Shown in pieces: positions 60,060-64,000 of a DNA stretch of 64,000 nucleotides. The DNA is taken from the NCBI GenBank assembly GCA_963693365.1, contig CAVNZM010000004.1:4395447-4459446 (forward strand). The letters run 5' to 3'. Source of the stretch: Amoebidium appalachense. Its lineage: Eukaryota > Protista > Ichthyosporea. Numbering within the stretch: position 1 is the stretch's first letter; each line of letters starts with the position of its first letter. Below the pieces are notes generated by a model. The model was not told where the DNA came from. It saw only the letters and a list, made by a program, of their open reading frames with translations, and searched no databases. A program made the position numbers and the translations under genes.

Positions 60060-61706
60060 TCTGAAAGGAAAACATGTGTGGGTTCAACGTAGTGAGGTCC
60101 ATAAGTTTTTCAGCTGAAAGAGAAAAACAAAAACATGCTACGCTATCATACTGGCGTAGAGATTATGAGAAGACAGAAACTAGCGAAATAAGGCAGAGAA
60201 TTGCAACAACGGGGCATTACACATTATCCAGCGTGTAACCTATAACATAAGGAGCTTGAAAACGGGAAAACAATTCACAGCACAAAACGCGGAACAAAAA
60301 AAAATAGAATCGAGGAGGCTGCCAGGTTTGCGTCAACCAAACCGACGCGATTCTGGGTGTCACAGACCATGGCCCATTGGGTATGAGGAGAACGGGCGAA
60401 TGAATAGCTGCAAAACTAAAAGTCATGATATTAACAATAATGCGGCTAATCACAGGGCTTTAATTAAAACATAAATATCTTAAAAATTGCATTAAAAAGT
60501 CTCGCTTGGATGTATAAATTTAGGCCAAAAAAACAACAGAGGTAAGGCTGGGAAGATGGCGGCAAATTTTTCATCATCAATATTGTAATCATAAGTGTAA
60601 AAGTATTTCTTCTCAGACATATTGATCATGAACGTGACGACGGTGGAGTCACGCGCCAGCTCGAAGGATATTTTAAATGAGGCAGGGAGAGGCATATGGT
60701 GGAATGTGCGTTACTTGATTGGATGCTGGCCTTGTGTTTGGAGAAGGGCAAAACTGGTCGTGCACCGTCTATTTTTTACCTGCAAATACTTAGGTCACTA
60801 CATAACAACACATAAAATAGCGGGCGAATTGATTTCTTTTTCCCCCTTCACAGATTAAATGTATACATAATAGCAGCGTAGTAAATCCAGCTCCTGCTTA
60901 TGCTACCTACATTCGCATGTTGGAATGGAATAATGGCTCGGCCCGGGCCGATTGATCAACAATCAGATTGCTTTTTGCTTCTTCAGATATGCATACAGCG
61001 GACTAATAAAGAAAACCCATTCTCGTAAAAGGTGCAGCTGCATTCCTTTATGAATCCCTTATTCCAACAAAAATGGTTAACATGGAAAAACTCCATATTT
61101 ATGGTTATATCTACAAGCCGTGTGGTAATGGCTATGTACAGTATAAAATAGCTGAAGAGCTAAAAACTTGCACGTGGACAAATCGGGCTATGTTTTTAGT
61201 AGACCCCTTTCCCCCCAAATTCATGAAGGCTTGGGGAAAAAAAGATGGGGAACTCATTTCATAACCTTAAAAGAAATGAAGTTTGGTAGCTAGAAAAATC
61301 CAGAGCTTTCAATCACATTCACATAATTGCCCGGCAAGGTCTGCGACCATGACCAGTATGAGAGGAGAGGTGGTTTCCCTAGTGGTTGAATTTCATAGAA
61401 AATCCCCTGATACTGCCTTCTTGATTGAGAAAAAAAAGCATGGCGCACGGGATAACCCCTAAATTCCCGATATTTCATGTCGAAACCCTACCCGTCTCCG
61501 AGTCCTCCCCCCCCCCCCCCCCCCCCCTCTCTCTCTCTCACTCTCTCTCACTCTCTCTCTCCCCCTCCCCCCCTCCCCCCCCCCCCCCCCCCCCTCTCTC
61601 TCCCAGTCCCTCTAACTCATTTTCTCTCTCTTCTTCAGTTGCGCACGGTTAACCCCTACTCTCGAGGTCAGATTGCAAAGACCTAATCATGGCGAACCGG
61701 GAGTTC

Positions 61707-61765
<59 letters not shown>

Positions 61766-62187
61766 ACCCACCCACCACCACCACCACCCAAAAATTTTCA
61801 CCACCACCACCGCCCACCCGCCTACCCATACACCCTCCCCGCCCGCCCGCCCTTCCATCCCGCTGTCCCTCTCCTCTCCCTCTCATTCGTTTTTATATTC
61901 CTCTCGAGCTCGTTTTCCCCCCGAAACTCTCCATCAGATTCCCCCGCTCCCTCTCCCTCGTTCGTTTTCCCCCTCACTTACTCTCTCCGACTCTCTCTTT
62001 TCCGTACCACAAACTTTCTCTTTTTATAACTTGAAATACCTGTGGCCCAATTCGGGTCTCACGCCACTCAGTGCAGCAAAATCTAATCGAATAAAAAGAT
62101 GCCAGAGTTCTAGTTTTGGTGGTTTCAGTTGTTATGCGCATGGCCACGTACCCACCTTTGGAAGCTTTGCATCATCGGTGCCCTGTG

Positions 62188-62680
62188 CTACACACGTTTT
62201 TCACATTCATCTATGGCCTTCAGGAGTCTGCCTGTCTCCTCCTTGTACACTGTCCATGCATCATCCTCAGTCACTCCGGCTGTCAAATTAACTTGGCAGG
62301 CAGCCAAGGTCTCGAGGTAGCAATTTGTGTGGTGGGTGATGGCTGATTGAACCTCTTCCCAGCTGCTTGAGGAATTGGATTGTTGGATCGTTTTTGTTAA
62401 CATGGGTAGTGTGACATGAAATTATGAAGAAAATATTGGCCATGCCGAGAAAGTTAATTGATATGATTACTCTTGTTAAATTCCGTGTTTTTGCAAATTG
62501 GGTGGATGAGCTCGTGGATAAATCTGTTTCTTAGGACTATATGTACACCAGTGTGTTTGCGTGTGTGTGCAGCTCGTGTGTGAGTGAGAGAGAGAGAGTG
62601 TGTGTGTGTGGGAGGGTGGGTAGGTGGGGGGAGGGGAGGGAGGGCAGAGGTGCACATGCGGGGTGCACGTGCGTGGCCGG

Positions 62681-62734
<54 letters not shown>

Positions 62735-63221
62735 GGTGTTTTGCTTCTTATATTGTGTGCCTGTTTTCAAGCTCCTCTGCCCTTTAAAATCCACGAGAAA
62801 ATTGGGAAACACGGGCATGGAATATAATTTAGGTGTGTGGATTTTGCTGTGTGTAGGTGTGCCTGTGTTCGTGAACACATTAACGGTAAGAAATTTTTTC
62901 GTGCTAATATCTTCGTTCGGTGGTGGTGGTGTTGGCCCGGTGGTGGTGGGAAGCTAGGTATGCGTACGAATATAAGACATGATCACCGTGAGAGCCCTCA
63001 TTATTTACAGCAGTTGGAAATACACAAAAAAATTATTCGCGAGGGCTTTGATTTGGGGGGGGGGGGGGGGGGGGGGGGAGGGGGGGGGGGGAGGCTGCCC
63101 ACCTTTGTGTATGGTTGGCTATGGCGCTGAAGTCAAACCAATAGGTGGCAAGGAGGTTGAAGGTGCGGCCCATAAAGCGGGGGCTGGCTGGCAGGCCACT
63201 GGACTCAAGTGCATGCAGTAC
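62188..63221 (-). CDS. Last two exons of an unidentified gene that probably starts beyond the window
   Basis: Exons 63103-63221 and 62188-62362 join by GT-AG in phase 2: [97 protein letters not shown]. Confidence 0.6.
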
Positions 63222-63263
63222 CTGTATAACGGGAGGGAGGGAGGGGGGGGGGGGGGGGGGGGG

Positions 63264-63335
<72 letters not shown>

Positions 63336-63371
63336 TTGGGCGGGTGTTGGTGCGTGCGTGTGTGTGTGTGT

Positions 63372-63424
<53 letters not shown>

Positions 63425-64000
63425 CGTGTGTGTGTGTCGTGTTTGTGTGGGTGTGGGTGTGTGCGGTTGGTGGGTGGGTGAGCATATGTGTATGGGCGGG
63501 TGTGTGAGCATGCATGGTCGGTGGGTAGGTGAGGGGGGATAAGAGGGTGGGTGGGTTACTAAAGTGCCCATGCACACTGAGGCTGTTAGTTGAATTTCAA
63601 TGCTGGATAGACCGTCTTTTTTATCTCAGTGTTCAGGACATAATGCGTGTGAGTTGTGCAAATGGTTTATGGACACGAGTTTTATTTGTGCAGATAGGTT
63701 GCGTGAGATTTGTTGTGCAGCTAGGACTTTGATCGCGAACAATCGTGGCATTTGTGCATGTAGATTTGGATGGATCATGCACGGGAATGACTTCACATAG
63801 ACGGACCTATACAGTACCTGCACATATCGCTTTCACGAAACTAATACGCACCCCCGAATATTTTTATTGGATAAGCGGTCCGAAAAGCCGGTCGGATTGG
63901 GTCGAAAATAGATCCAGTGATTTGGGTGGGTAAAAATCAGGAGGTTGAATCGCCGATTTTTGGAAAAAAATTAGACAGTACCTGCACATATGCCTCCACC

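Overview
Intron-rich eukaryotic DNA, probably a unicellular opisthokont/holozoan (inference from gene content). The ORF track is almost entirely noise from poly-C/poly-G, (CA)n/(GT)n and (CT)n tracts, so I assembled the genes exon by exon. Five spliced genes are recognisable: RAD23 (-), a RING-less TTF2/Lodestar-like SNF2 ATPase (+), an ACAA2-like thiolase (-), a WDFY1/2-like WD40-FYVE gene (-) and Rab7 (+). Two unidentified minus-strand genes lie near the right end. Main oddities: (1) an AT-AC U12-type (minor spliceosome) intron in the WDFY gene; (2) an in-frame TGA at an Arg-type position in WDFY exon 2; (3) four tRNA-Phe genes inside one WDFY intron, one with U33A; (4) a degenerate DIRS/Ngaro-like tyrosine-recombinase retroelement whose structured terminal repeat recurs about 7 times, usually against poly-C tracts; (5) a 1.3 kb TA-flanked TIR element; (6) several small duplications of 3' splice-site regions; (7) introns filled with strand-polarised C/A versus G/T tracts, with (CA)n often replacing the polypyrimidine tract. 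All calls were made by eye; no searches were run.
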